DNA of 64,000 nt from NCBI GenBank assembly GCA_963801135.1, contig CAWDDN010000022.1, positions 2,458 through 66,457 on the forward strand, in the 5' to 3' direction. A model generated the notes under the pieces. The model was not told the DNA's origin. It worked only from the letters and a program-made list of their open reading frames with translations, and made no database searches. The translations under genes were made by a program, and so were the position numbers. This document shows positions 19,369 through 27,271 of the stretch, in pieces; within the stretch, counting starts at the first letter, position 1; the number at the start of each line of letters is the position of its first letter. Origin of the DNA: an uncultured Actinomycetota bacterium (GTDB lineage: Bacteria > Actinomycetota > Actinomycetes > Propionibacteriales > Nocardioidaceae).

Positions 19369-20319
19369 TCAGCCTGCGGCGGGCAGGTCGGGGCCGCCCA
19401 TCTGGCGCAGGTAGTCCGGATCCTCCGGCGTGCGGTGGGGCCGCGGGAAGCCTTCGCCGGGCCGGTCGAACCACAGGTGGACCTGCCCGGTGCCGATGGA
19501 GTTCTCGTAGTCGCCGTACTGACGGGCGGTCGCGCGGCAGTCGCCCTCACCCACGGCGCCGGCCAGCATCAGGTAGTGGGCGAACATCGACTCCGGCCGG
19601 TAGGGCATGAACTCCGGCATGGTGTCGAGCACCCGCTTGTGGTCGCCGGCCTTGAACCACTCGATGCGCTCCATGTCGGCCTCGTAGGCCGCGGGGGTGC
19701 GGATGTGCTCGACAGCGGCGGACTCGTGGTCACGCAGCTGGCGCAGCTTCCAGAACGTGTGCGACAGCGCACCGGAGGCGAGCACCAGCACCCGGCGATC
19801 CGTGGCGGCGATCGCGTCACCGAGCACCCGGCCGGCACGCAGGAAGTCCTCCATATCTCCGGTCTGGGCGACGCTGACCGAGATCCACCGCTTGTCGAGG
19901 CCCTCGCCGAGGTACTTCCACAGGTTGAGCGTGGCGTAGTACAACGGCAGGTAGGGGTCGTCGATGGCGCTGACCCAGGTCGAGTGGTCGCGCTCACGCG
20001 CCGCCATCGCGTGGGCCAGCTCGGGGTCGCCGCGCCAGTCGTAGGGGATGCGGCACATGCCGCGGGGCAGCTCCTCGGCGGTGAAGAGGCCGGCGCGCCG
20101 GTCCTGCGCGGTGACGACGAACTCGACAGTGGTGAACCAGTGCGAGTCGAGCACGACCACCGTGTCGTAGTCGAGCTGCTCGAACACGTCGCGCCGCAGG
20201 TCGTGCAGCGCTCCCACCAGGCTGAAGTCCTCGCCGCCGTTGAGCTCGCGGCGTGTGGACTCCGGCAGCATGATGGTCGGGACGTGCGCCAGGATCCCGG
20301 CGCCGACGACCTCACCCAT
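19369..20319 (-). CDS. hpaD: LigB-superfamily (class III) extradiol dioxygenase, 3,4-dihydroxyphenylacetate 2,3-dioxygenase-like
   Basis: The start MGEVVGAGILAHVPTIML is a LigB-type N-terminus and ASGALSH is present. The ATG overlaps the stop of the upstream semialdehyde dehydrogenase by 8 nt. The substrate assignment rests only on gene context. Confidence 0.65.
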   Translation of the reverse strand: MGEVVGAGILAHVPTIMLPESTRRELNGGEDFSLVGALHDLRRDVFEQLDYDTVVVLDSHWFTTVEFVVTAQDRRAGLFTAEELPRGMCRIPYDWRGDPELAHAMAARERDHSTWVSAIDDPYLPLYYATLNLWKYLGEGLDKRWISVSVAQTGDMEDFLRAGRVLGDAIAATDRRVLVLASGALSHTFWKLRQLRDHESAAVEHIRTPAAYEADMERIEWFKAGDHKRVLDTMPEFMPYRPESMFAHYLMLAGAVGEGDCRATARQYGDYENSIGTGQVHLWFDRPGEGFPRPHRTPEDPDYLRQMGGPDLPAAG

Positions 20320-21823
20320 GGCTGCTCTCCTCTCGCTGACCGCCGTTCCAGCCCCCGGGGGAGAAGACGGTGTTCTTGATGTCGGTGTAGAAGTCGAACG
20401 ACCAGATGCCGCCCTCACGGCCGATGCCGGACCTGCCGTTGCCGCCGAAGGGGGCGCCGAGGTCGCGCACGAAGAAGCAGTTGACCCAGACGGTGCCGGC
20501 GTTCAGCCGTGCCGAGACCCGCTCGGCGCGCTCGGGGTCGCCGGTGACCATGGTGGCGGCAAGGCCGAAGCGGGTCTCGTTGGCCATCGCCACCCCCTCG
20601 GCCTCGTCGGAGAAGGTCTGGATCGTGAGCACCGGCCCGAAGACCTCCTCGGTGAGGATCTCGCTGCCGGGCTTGGCGTCGGCGAGGATCGTGGGGCGGA
20701 AGAAGAGCCCGCCGAGGTCGTCGTTGGGACCTCCGCCGAGGATTGGTCGGGCGCCGCCGTCGATCGCACGGTCGACGAACCCGCGGACACGCTCGAAGTG
20801 GGTGCGTGAGACCAGCGCGCTGATGTCGGTGGCCTCGTCGCGCGGGTCGCCCTGCACGACCTGTCGCGCGCGCTCCACGACACGCTCGGTGAACTCGTCG
20901 GCGATGGAGTCCTGGACGAGCACCCGGAAGGCACCCAGGCAGACCTGGCCGGCGTTGTCGAACTGCTCGACGGTGAGGTCGACCGCGAGGTCGAGATCGC
21001 AGTCCTCGAAGACCAGCAGCGGCGACTTGCCGCCCAGCTCGAACGACAGCGGCACGATGTTGGGCGCGGCGGCCGCGGCCACGCGGCCGGCGGTCGGGAC
21101 GGATCCGGTGAAGGAGAGCCGATTGATGCCGGGGTGGGCCGTGAGCGGTGCGCCCGCGTCGGCTCCGGCGCCCTGGACGACGTTGAAGACGCCGGCCGGC
21201 AGGCCGGCCTCGGCCATGATGTCGGCGAGCAGGCTGGCGGTGAGCGGCGCCCACTCCGGCGGTTTGAGCACGACCGTGTTGCCTGCCGCCAGCGCTGGGC
21301 CGATCCGCCAGGTGGCAAGCATCAGCGGCGCGTTCCACGGGGTGATGATCGCGACCACGCCCGCAGGGTCGTAGGTGATCCGCTCGCGGTGGCCGCGCAC
21401 GTCCATGTCAGGGTGCGCCAGCGTCTCGGCCATGTCGGCGAAGTAGCGGAAGTTCATCGCCACCCGCGGCATCACGCCGCGCCGGTGGCTGCGGAGCAGG
21501 GAGCCGTTGTCGCGGGTCTCGACCTGTGCAAGCTCCTCGACGCGGGCCTCGACACCCTCGGCGACTCGGCGCAGGATCGCGGAGCGCTCGGCGACCGGCA
21601 TCGCCGCCCAGGCGGGGAAGGCGGCGCGGGCAGCAACGACGGCCTGGTCGACCTCGGTGGCGGTGCCGGCGTGCACCTGCGCGATCTCGGCCTCGTCGAT
21701 GGGTGAGACGTCGGCGAAGGTCTTGGCCGAGGCCACGCGCTCGCCACCGATCCAGTGCCGCACGTCGACCTGCACACCCTCGACCTCGGCGTACGTCGGT
21801 AGCTTCGTGGCCACGGGCGTCAC
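20312..21823 (-). CDS. hpaE: Hydroxymuconic-semialdehyde-type aldehyde dehydrogenase (HpaE/XylG family)
   Basis: 503 aa with RHWIGGERV N-terminus, ITPWNAPL, ELGGKSP and the C-terminal GREGGIWSFDFYTDIKN tail shared by meta-cleavage semialdehyde dehydrogenases. Confidence 0.75.
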   Translation of the reverse strand: MTPVATKLPTYAEVEGVQVDVRHWIGGERVASAKTFADVSPIDEAEIAQVHAGTATEVDQAVVAARAAFPAWAAMPVAERSAILRRVAEGVEARVEELAQVETRDNGSLLRSHRRGVMPRVAMNFRYFADMAETLAHPDMDVRGHRERITYDPAGVVAIITPWNAPLMLATWRIGPALAAGNTVVLKPPEWAPLTASLLADIMAEAGLPAGVFNVVQGAGADAGAPLTAHPGINRLSFTGSVPTAGRVAAAAAPNIVPLSFELGGKSPLLVFEDCDLDLAVDLTVEQFDNAGQVCLGAFRVLVQDSIADEFTERVVERARQVVQGDPRDEATDISALVSRTHFERVRGFVDRAIDGGARPILGGGPNDDLGGLFFRPTILADAKPGSEILTEEVFGPVLTIQTFSDEAEGVAMANETRFGLAATMVTGDPERAERVSARLNAGTVWVNCFFVRDLGAPFGGNGRSGIGREGGIWSFDFYTDIKNTVFSPGGWNGGQREESSHG

Positions 21824-21836
21824 GCCACCTCCTGAA

Positions 21837-21856
21837 AGTCGTTAGGGGCCAAACGT
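21837..21856. promoter_or_regulatory. Palindromic box TCGTTAGG-GG-CCAAACGT (island operator family)
   Basis: AGTCGTTAGGGGCCAAACGT starts 14 bp upstream of the hpaE start codon. Confidence 0.5.
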
Positions 21857-21901
21857 ATGCGGGCCCGACCGGGTGGTCAACCGACTGGGTGGCGTCTGGT
21901 G

Positions 21902-21953
21902 GGCGACGGGGCGACGGCCCGGCGACGGCCGGGCATCGGCCGGGCGTCGGCTG
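21902..21953. repeat. Imperfect tandem repeat, about 11-bp unit GGCGACGGCCG x about 4.5
   Basis: The sequence is GGCGACGG GGCGACGGCCC GGCGACGGCCG GGCATCGGCCG GGCGTCGGCTG, in the hpaE/permease intergenic gap. Confidence 0.7.
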
Positions 21954-22026
21954 GGTCGAGGCTGGCGGAGGCCGACGAACCGGCCAGTCGGTCGGCGACT
22001 CACCGGGGTCCCAGGACTTGGCAGCC

Positions 22027-22060
22027 CATCGTTCGAGCCCTATCGTACGGGTCCGAACGG
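22027..22060. promoter_or_regulatory. Two overlapping operator-family boxes upstream of the APC permease
   Basis: The boxes are 22027 CATCGTTCGAGCCCTATCGT and 22041 TATCGTACGGGTCCGAACGG. They lie 50-85 bp upstream of ATG 22111. Confidence 0.5.
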
Positions 22061-22110
22061 CATGTGTGACCTGAGGCACAAGCACTCACCCCGACGACGG
22101 AGGCATTCGC

Positions 22111-23652
22111 ATGAGCCACCCCACCCATTCCGAGGGGCACCTGGCCGCGCCCCCGCCCGACGAGCCGCACCTGGCAAAGAACCGACTCGGAATCGCTGGC
22201 ATCGTGTTCTTCGTCGTGGCTGCGGCAGCCCCGCTGGTCGGCATGACCGGAGCCGTGCCCGTGGCGATTGTGCTCGGCAACGGCGCCGCCGCACCGGGCG
22301 CCTACCTCGCGGTCGGCCTGACGCTGCTTGTCTTCAGCGTCGGCTACTCCGCGATGAGCAACAAGGTCACCAACACCGGCGCCTTCTTCGCCTATGTCGG
22401 GCGCGGCCTCGGGATCTCCCCCGGCGTCGGCTCGGCGTTCGTCTCGTTGCTGGCCTACATCACGATCCAGCTCGCGGTCTACGGCTTCTTCGGCGCCGTG
22501 ATGGCCGGCCAGATGAACGCCGAGTTCGGCATCGACTGGGCCTGGTGGGTGTGGGTCCTCATCGCCTGGGCGATCGTGCTCGGACTCTCCATCATCAGCG
22601 TCGACATCGGCGCCAAGCTCCTCGGCACCCTGATGATCCTCGAGGTCACCTCGCTCTTCGTCGTCGCGATCGCGGTGCTCGTGCAGGGTGGTGGGCCCGA
22701 CGGCCTCGACTTCGCGGCGTCCTTCTCCCCGTCCAAGATCTTCGTCGGCGGCTTCGCCGGCTCGGCCGGCATCGCGCTGGCCTTCGCCTTCGCGTCGTAC
22801 ATCGGCTTCGAGGCCACGGCGATCTACGGCGAGGAGACCCGCGACCCCAAGCGCAGCGTGCCGATCGCGACGTACGTCGCGGTCATCCTGATCGCGGTGC
22901 TGTTCGCCGCGACCGCGTTCGCCGTCGTGAGCGGCCTGGGCAGCGACAACGTCGTCGACCGCGTCGTCGAGGTCTCCACCGTCGAAGGTGAGCCGCTGGC
23001 CGACCCCGCCGCCGTGCTGTTCTCCGTGGCCGACGAGTACGTCGGCAGCTGGCTCGGCACACTGATGAGCTGGCTGGTGCTCTCGAGCCTGTTCGCCGGC
23101 CTGCTTGCCTTCCAGAACAGCTCGGCCCGCTACTTCTTCTCGATGGGCCGGGCCGGCGTGCTGCCGTCCGCAGTCGACGGTGTCAACCGCCGTGGCGCCC
23201 CGGGCGGCGGCGCGCTCGTGACCTCCGGGGTCACGCTGATCGTGATCCTGCTCTTCGTGGTCTTCGATGGCGACCCGGTGCTCAACATGTTCTTCTGGTT
23301 CAGCGCCGTGGCTGTGCTCGCCATCGTGCTGGTCGAGGTGCTCGTGTCGATCGCGGTGATCGTCTACTTCCGCCGCGAGCGCTCGGACACCCGGATATGG
23401 AACACGGTGATCGCGCCGGCGCTGTCGGTGATCGGGCTCATCATCGGTGCCTACCTGCTGGCCTCGCGCTTCGGTCTGCTCGCCGGGACCACCGCGGAGG
23501 GCGTCGACCCGAGCACCCAGTCGTGGGGACTGTCCCCGCTCGGCTGGTTCCTGGTGCTCTCGCCGTTCATCACGTTCGCGGTCGGGTCCCTGGTGCACGT
23601 CGTGCGGCGGGGGCGGGAGAACACCGACGCCGTGGCCGACCTGGTCACCTGA
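22111..23652 (+). CDS. APC-superfamily amino acid/amine permease
   Basis: 513 aa, about 12 TM segments and an APC-like N-terminus (LGIAGIVFFVVAAAAPLVGMTG). Confidence 0.85.
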   Translation: MSHPTHSEGHLAAPPPDEPHLAKNRLGIAGIVFFVVAAAAPLVGMTGAVPVAIVLGNGAAAPGAYLAVGLTLLVFSVGYSAMSNKVTNTGAFFAYVGRGLGISPGVGSAFVSLLAYITIQLAVYGFFGAVMAGQMNAEFGIDWAWWVWVLIAWAIVLGLSIISVDIGAKLLGTLMILEVTSLFVVAIAVLVQGGGPDGLDFAASFSPSKIFVGGFAGSAGIALAFAFASYIGFEATAIYGEETRDPKRSVPIATYVAVILIAVLFAATAFAVVSGLGSDNVVDRVVEVSTVEGEPLADPAAVLFSVADEYVGSWLGTLMSWLVLSSLFAGLLAFQNSSARYFFSMGRAGVLPSAVDGVNRRGAPGGGALVTSGVTLIVILLFVVFDGDPVLNMFFWFSAVAVLAIVLVEVLVSIAVIVYFRRERSDTRIWNTVIAPALSVIGLIIGAYLLASRFGLLAGTTAEGVDPSTQSWGLSPLGWFLVLSPFITFAVGSLVHVVRRGRENTDAVADLVT

Positions 23653-23664
23653 GGCAGCGAGTCC

Positions 23665-23975
23665 CCGGGCGCACGCGCTGGCGGCGTTGATCGCCACGGT
23701 GGGCTCACGCCCGGGGCCGGGCGCGGCGCGACCAGACCCGCTCGATGCTGCACCTCGCGGCCGCGCAGCCGACGGTTCTCACGGGCGAGGCGGTGCGGGG
23801 CTGCGACATCGTGGTGGCCATGGGACGCGGCGACGCCTGCCCCCACTACCCCGGCAAGCCGACGAGGACTGGCAGCTCGACCCGGCCGGCACGAGCCTGG
23901 CCGAGGTGCATCCCGATCCGCGACGAGACCCGGGAGCCGGGTGGCGCGCCTCGCCGGGGACCTCGGCGTGGCCGG
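23665..23975 (+). pseudogene. Decayed LMW-phosphatase-type arsenate reductase (ArsC) remnant
   Basis: The fragments read DIVVAMGRGDACPHYPGK / DEDWQLDPAGTSLAEVH / IPIRDETREP / VARLAGDLGV. They lie in three different frames within about 110 nt. The MGCGD cysteine is replaced (MGRGD) and there is no N-terminal CX5R loop. Confidence 0.55.
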
Positions 23976-23978
23976 TAC

Positions 23979-23990
23979 GTCTGATCAGAC
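23979..23990. promoter_or_regulatory. Perfect 12-nt palindrome GTCTGATCAGAC, copy 3 of 3
   Basis: It lies 38 nt upstream of the hemerythrin ATG (24028). With flanks it reads CGTCTGATCAGACG. Confidence 0.5.
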
Positions 23991-24027
23991 GAGAGGCGGT
24001 TCGGTGGGAGCCGCTAGGTTGACGCCC

Positions 24028-24570
24028 ATGACTTCCATCGATCTCGGTCGCCCGGTGCAGGGCGACGTCGTCGAGCTGATCCTCGACGACCACCGCCGCT
24101 TCGAGGCACTCCTGCGCGAGCTTCGCGACTCCTCCTCCGACCGCGACGCCGTGCGCCGGGCGTTCTCCGCGCTGCACGTCGCGCACGCGCTCGCCGAGGA
24201 GGACGTCGTCTACCCCAAGCTGCGACGCAAGCGCGCGATCTCAGGGCACGAGGAGGAGCACAGCACCGAGGAGCACGCCGAGGGCCACGAGGCCCTGCTC
24301 GCCGTGCTCGAGCTCAAGGGCACCGACACGCCCTCCTTCGACGAGGCGGTCGAGAAGCTCTCCGCGACGATCAACCACCACCTGGCCGAGGAGGAGCAGA
24401 CCGTGCTCAACCCGGCCCGCGAGGACGTCGGCGACCGGGTGCGCGCCGAGCTCGGCGAGGCCTTCGCCAAGGCCCGCAACGCGCACCTCGACGACGACTG
24501 CGGCACCCTCGACCGGGTCCGCAGGATCGTCGCCGAGGCCCGCCGCGAGGGCCACCTCGACGAGGGCTGA
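24028..24570 (+). CDS. Hemerythrin domain-containing protein
   Basis: MTSIDLGRPVQGDVVELILDDHRRFEALL... has spaced H/E ligand patterns (HxxxE, HEEEH, HHLAEEE). The internal ATG is chosen over the track start 23941. Confidence 0.75.
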   Translation: MTSIDLGRPVQGDVVELILDDHRRFEALLRELRDSSSDRDAVRRAFSALHVAHALAEEDVVYPKLRRKRAISGHEEEHSTEEHAEGHEALLAVLELKGTDTPSFDEAVEKLSATINHHLAEEEQTVLNPAREDVGDRVRAELGEAFAKARNAHLDDDCGTLDRVRRIVAEARREGHLDEG

Positions 24571-24590
24571 GGCCCGGGGTTTCCCACGGT

Positions 24591-25427
24591 ATGCAGCCAC
24601 GTTCTCACTCCCATGCCCGGCGAGATGAGCGACAAGGTGCCGAGGGCGTGACGGCGTACGACGACCTGGGCGCGGCGGTCCCTCTCTCCCCTCCGGTACG
24701 CCGCGTGGTCTCGCTGGTGCCCAGCCTCACCGAGGCCATCGCCGAGACCCGCCGCGATGCCCTGGTCGGCGCCACCGACTGGTGCACCCACCCGGCCGAC
24801 CTCGACGTGCGCCGTGTCCGGGGCACCAAGAACCCCGACGTCCGCGCCATCGTCGACCTGGCCCCCGACCTGGTCGTCGCCAACCAGGAGGAGAACCGCG
24901 AGCTCGACGTCCGCCGGCTGCGTGACGCCGGCGTGCCCGTCTGGGTGACCGTGACCGAGACGGTGCCGCAGGCGGTCTCCTCGATGGAGCGACTGTTCGA
25001 CGAGGCCTTGGGCTGGGGCGTCCCCGACTGGCTGCGTGAGGTGCGCCGACAGTGGGACAGCCCCGCGCCTCCTCCCGGCCCGCGCGTGGTCGTGCCCGTG
25101 TGGCGCGATCCGTGGATGGTGGTCGGACGCGACACCTTCACCGGCGACCTGTTGGGTCGCCTCGGCTGCACCCACGTGTTCGCCGACCACGCCGAGCGGT
25201 ACCCCCGCCTCGAGCTCTCCGACATCGACCGAGACGACATCGACCTCGCGCTGCTGCCTGACGAGCCCTACGTCTTCACCGCCGACGACGGGCCGGAGGC
25301 CTTCCACCACGTCGCGACGCGGCTGGTGAGCGGTCGGCTGCTCACCTGGTACGGCCCGGCACTGCTCGAGGCCGCCGAGTTTCGGGGCCAGTTCGACCGG
25401 CAGCCTCCCCCGGATTCCGCGCCCTGA
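24591..25427 (+). CDS. Helical-backbone metal receptor / BtuF-like periplasmic-binding-fold protein (no obvious signal peptide)
   Basis: RRVVSLVPSLTEAIAE...GATDWCTHP...PDLVVANQEEN are typical cluster-8 PBP motifs. The start could instead be GTG 24648. Confidence 0.7.
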   Translation: MQPRSHSHARRDERQGAEGVTAYDDLGAAVPLSPPVRRVVSLVPSLTEAIAETRRDALVGATDWCTHPADLDVRRVRGTKNPDVRAIVDLAPDLVVANQEENRELDVRRLRDAGVPVWVTVTETVPQAVSSMERLFDEALGWGVPDWLREVRRQWDSPAPPPGPRVVVPVWRDPWMVVGRDTFTGDLLGRLGCTHVFADHAERYPRLELSDIDRDDIDLALLPDEPYVFTADDGPEAFHHVATRLVSGRLLTWYGPALLEAAEFRGQFDRQPPPDSAP

Positions 25428-25490
25428 CGCACGGCCTTTCCGGTCCTGGGGCCAGGCTGCCGGTTCAGTCGGCCCCCTTACGGTGAGGCC

Positions 25491-26204
25491 ATGGGCACCC
25501 TGTGGATCCCCAACCAGCACGGCGCCTGGGCGATGCTCGCCGGCCCACTGCTGACCGGGATCCTGGCGGGTGGGCTCGCGTGGGTGCACCTGCCGCTCAC
25601 CGTGCTGTGGTTGCTCGGCTACCTCGCCTTCTTCGCCACCGGCCGCTGGCTCAAGTCGCGACGCCGGGCCCGTTTCCGCAAGCCCGTGGTCGTCTACTCG
25701 CTGGCCTGCCTCCCGCCGGCCATCGCCGTGCTGGTGCTGCAGCCGGGACTGCTGCGGTGGGTTCCGGCGTTCGCTCCGGCGCTGGCCGTCGGTCTGTGGT
25801 TGGCGGCGCAACGGCGGGACCGTGACCTGGCCAGCGGCCTCACCACCACCGTCGCGGCCTCCCTGATGACTGCGGTGGCCTACGACGCCGGGCCGGGCGA
25901 GGACTGGTGGCGGGCCTGGGCGCTCACCGCCGTGCTGGCGGCCTACTACGCCGGCACGGTGCTCTACGTGAAGACGATGATCCGCGAGCGCGGCAACCAG
26001 ACCTACGTCGCGGCGAGCATCGCCTTCCACGCCTCGTGCGCGGTCGCGTTGATGTGGGTCTCCTGGCCGCTCGCCCTCGTCTTCACCGTCCTCACCGCAC
26101 GGGCGGTCTACGCGCCTCACACCTCGATGACGCCCAAGCAGGTGGGCATCGGCGAGATCGTGCTCAACGCACTCGTGGTCGTCGTCGCACTTCTGGCCAC
26201 CTGA
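25491..26204 (+). CDS. YwiC-like integral membrane protein
   Basis: 237 aa. The N-terminus WIPNQHGAWAMLAGPLLTG and about 7 TM segments match the YwiC-like family signature as I recall it. Confidence 0.7.
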   Translation: MGTLWIPNQHGAWAMLAGPLLTGILAGGLAWVHLPLTVLWLLGYLAFFATGRWLKSRRRARFRKPVVVYSLACLPPAIAVLVLQPGLLRWVPAFAPALAVGLWLAAQRRDRDLASGLTTTVAASLMTAVAYDAGPGEDWWRAWALTAVLAAYYAGTVLYVKTMIRERGNQTYVAASIAFHASCAVALMWVSWPLALVFTVLTARAVYAPHTSMTPKQVGIGEIVLNALVVVVALLAT

Positions 26205-26234
26205 GGCTGGGCGGAGGCCCCCTACGGTGGAGCC

Positions 26235-27164
26235 ATGCATCTCAGGATCTTCACCGAGCCCCAGCAGGGGGCGACCTACGACGAGCTGCGGCAGGTCGCG
26301 GTCCGGGCCGAGGAGCTCGGGTTCGACGCGTTCTTCCGCTCCGACCACTACCTCGACATGGGCAGTGACCGGCCCCCGGGCCCGTCCGACGCCTGGGTGA
26401 CGTTGGCCGGGCTGGCCCGCGACACCAGCACGATCCGGCTGGGCACCCTGGTCACCAGCGCGACCTTCCGGCTGCCCGGTCCACTGGCCATCTCCGTCGC
26501 CGGGGTCGACGACATGTCGGGTGGCCGCGTCGAGCTCGGGCTGGGGGCGGGGTGGTACGTGCCCGAGCACACGGCGTACGGCATCCCCTTCCCCGAGACC
26601 CGGGAGCGCTTCGACCGGTTGGAGGAGCAGCTGGAGATCGTCACGGGGCTGTGGACGACGCCCCGGGGGGAGCGGTTCGACTTCCACGGCACGCACTACA
26701 CGCTCGAGGCCTCCCCCGCGTTGCCGAAGCCGGTGCAGCAGCCGCGCCCCCCGATCATCGTCGGTGGCAAGGGCAAGCGGCGTACGCCGGCTCTGGCGGC
26801 GCGGTTCGCCGACGAGTTCAACATCCCCTTCGAGCCGGTCGAGTTCTGCCGCGAGCAGTACGACCGGGTGCGCGCGGCCTGCGAGGACGCCGGCCGCGAG
26901 CCCGACTCGATTCGGCTGTCGGCCGCGCTGGTGCTGGCCGTCGGCGGTTCGGAGGAGGAGTTCCGGCGCCGGGCGGCAGCGATCGGACGTGAGCCCGACG
27001 AGCTGCGCGAGCACGGGCTCGCCGGCACCCCCGGAGAAGCCGTGGACCTCCTCGGTCGGTACGCCGAGGCCGGGGCGTCGCGGGTCTATCTGCAGCTGCT
27101 CGACCTCACCGACCTGGACCACCTCGAGCTGGTGGCCGGCGAGGTGATGCCCCAGCTGCGCTGA
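26235..27164 (+). CDS. LLM-class F420-dependent oxidoreductase
   Basis: 309 aa. MHLRIFTEPQQGATYDELRQVAVRAEELGFDAFFRSDHYL is the characteristic N-terminus of the F420-dependent LLM subgroup. Confidence 0.85.
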   Translation: MHLRIFTEPQQGATYDELRQVAVRAEELGFDAFFRSDHYLDMGSDRPPGPSDAWVTLAGLARDTSTIRLGTLVTSATFRLPGPLAISVAGVDDMSGGRVELGLGAGWYVPEHTAYGIPFPETRERFDRLEEQLEIVTGLWTTPRGERFDFHGTHYTLEASPALPKPVQQPRPPIIVGGKGKRRTPALAARFADEFNIPFEPVEFCREQYDRVRAACEDAGREPDSIRLSAALVLAVGGSEEEFRRRAAAIGREPDELREHGLAGTPGEAVDLLGRYAEAGASRVYLQLLDLTDLDHLELVAGEVMPQLR

Positions 27165-27184
27165 GGTGGCGGGTGGTCGCGGTC

Positions 27185-27263
27185 GGCGTACTCCCGCGGC
27201 GAAAGCCCTCGCGCGCTAGGCATGCCGAGGGAAGCGACGGTGTCCCCGGCGATCGTGGGAAAG
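27185..27263 (+). repeat. Dispersed intergenic palindromic element, copy A (GGCGTACTCCC ... GAGGGAAGCGACGGTGTCCCCGGCGATCGTGGGAAA)
   Basis: It shares both end blocks with copy B at 29061 in the same orientation. It fills the convergent gap between the LLM and GH2 genes. Confidence 0.7.
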
Positions 27264-27271
27264 ACTGCCCG

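Noticed and set aside
24210-27122. 970-aa ORF on the minus strand
   Set aside because: It is antisense to four well-supported + strand genes (hemerythrin, BtuF-like, YwiC-like, F420 LLM). It has no recognisable motifs and an Arg/Gly/Pro-rich composition.
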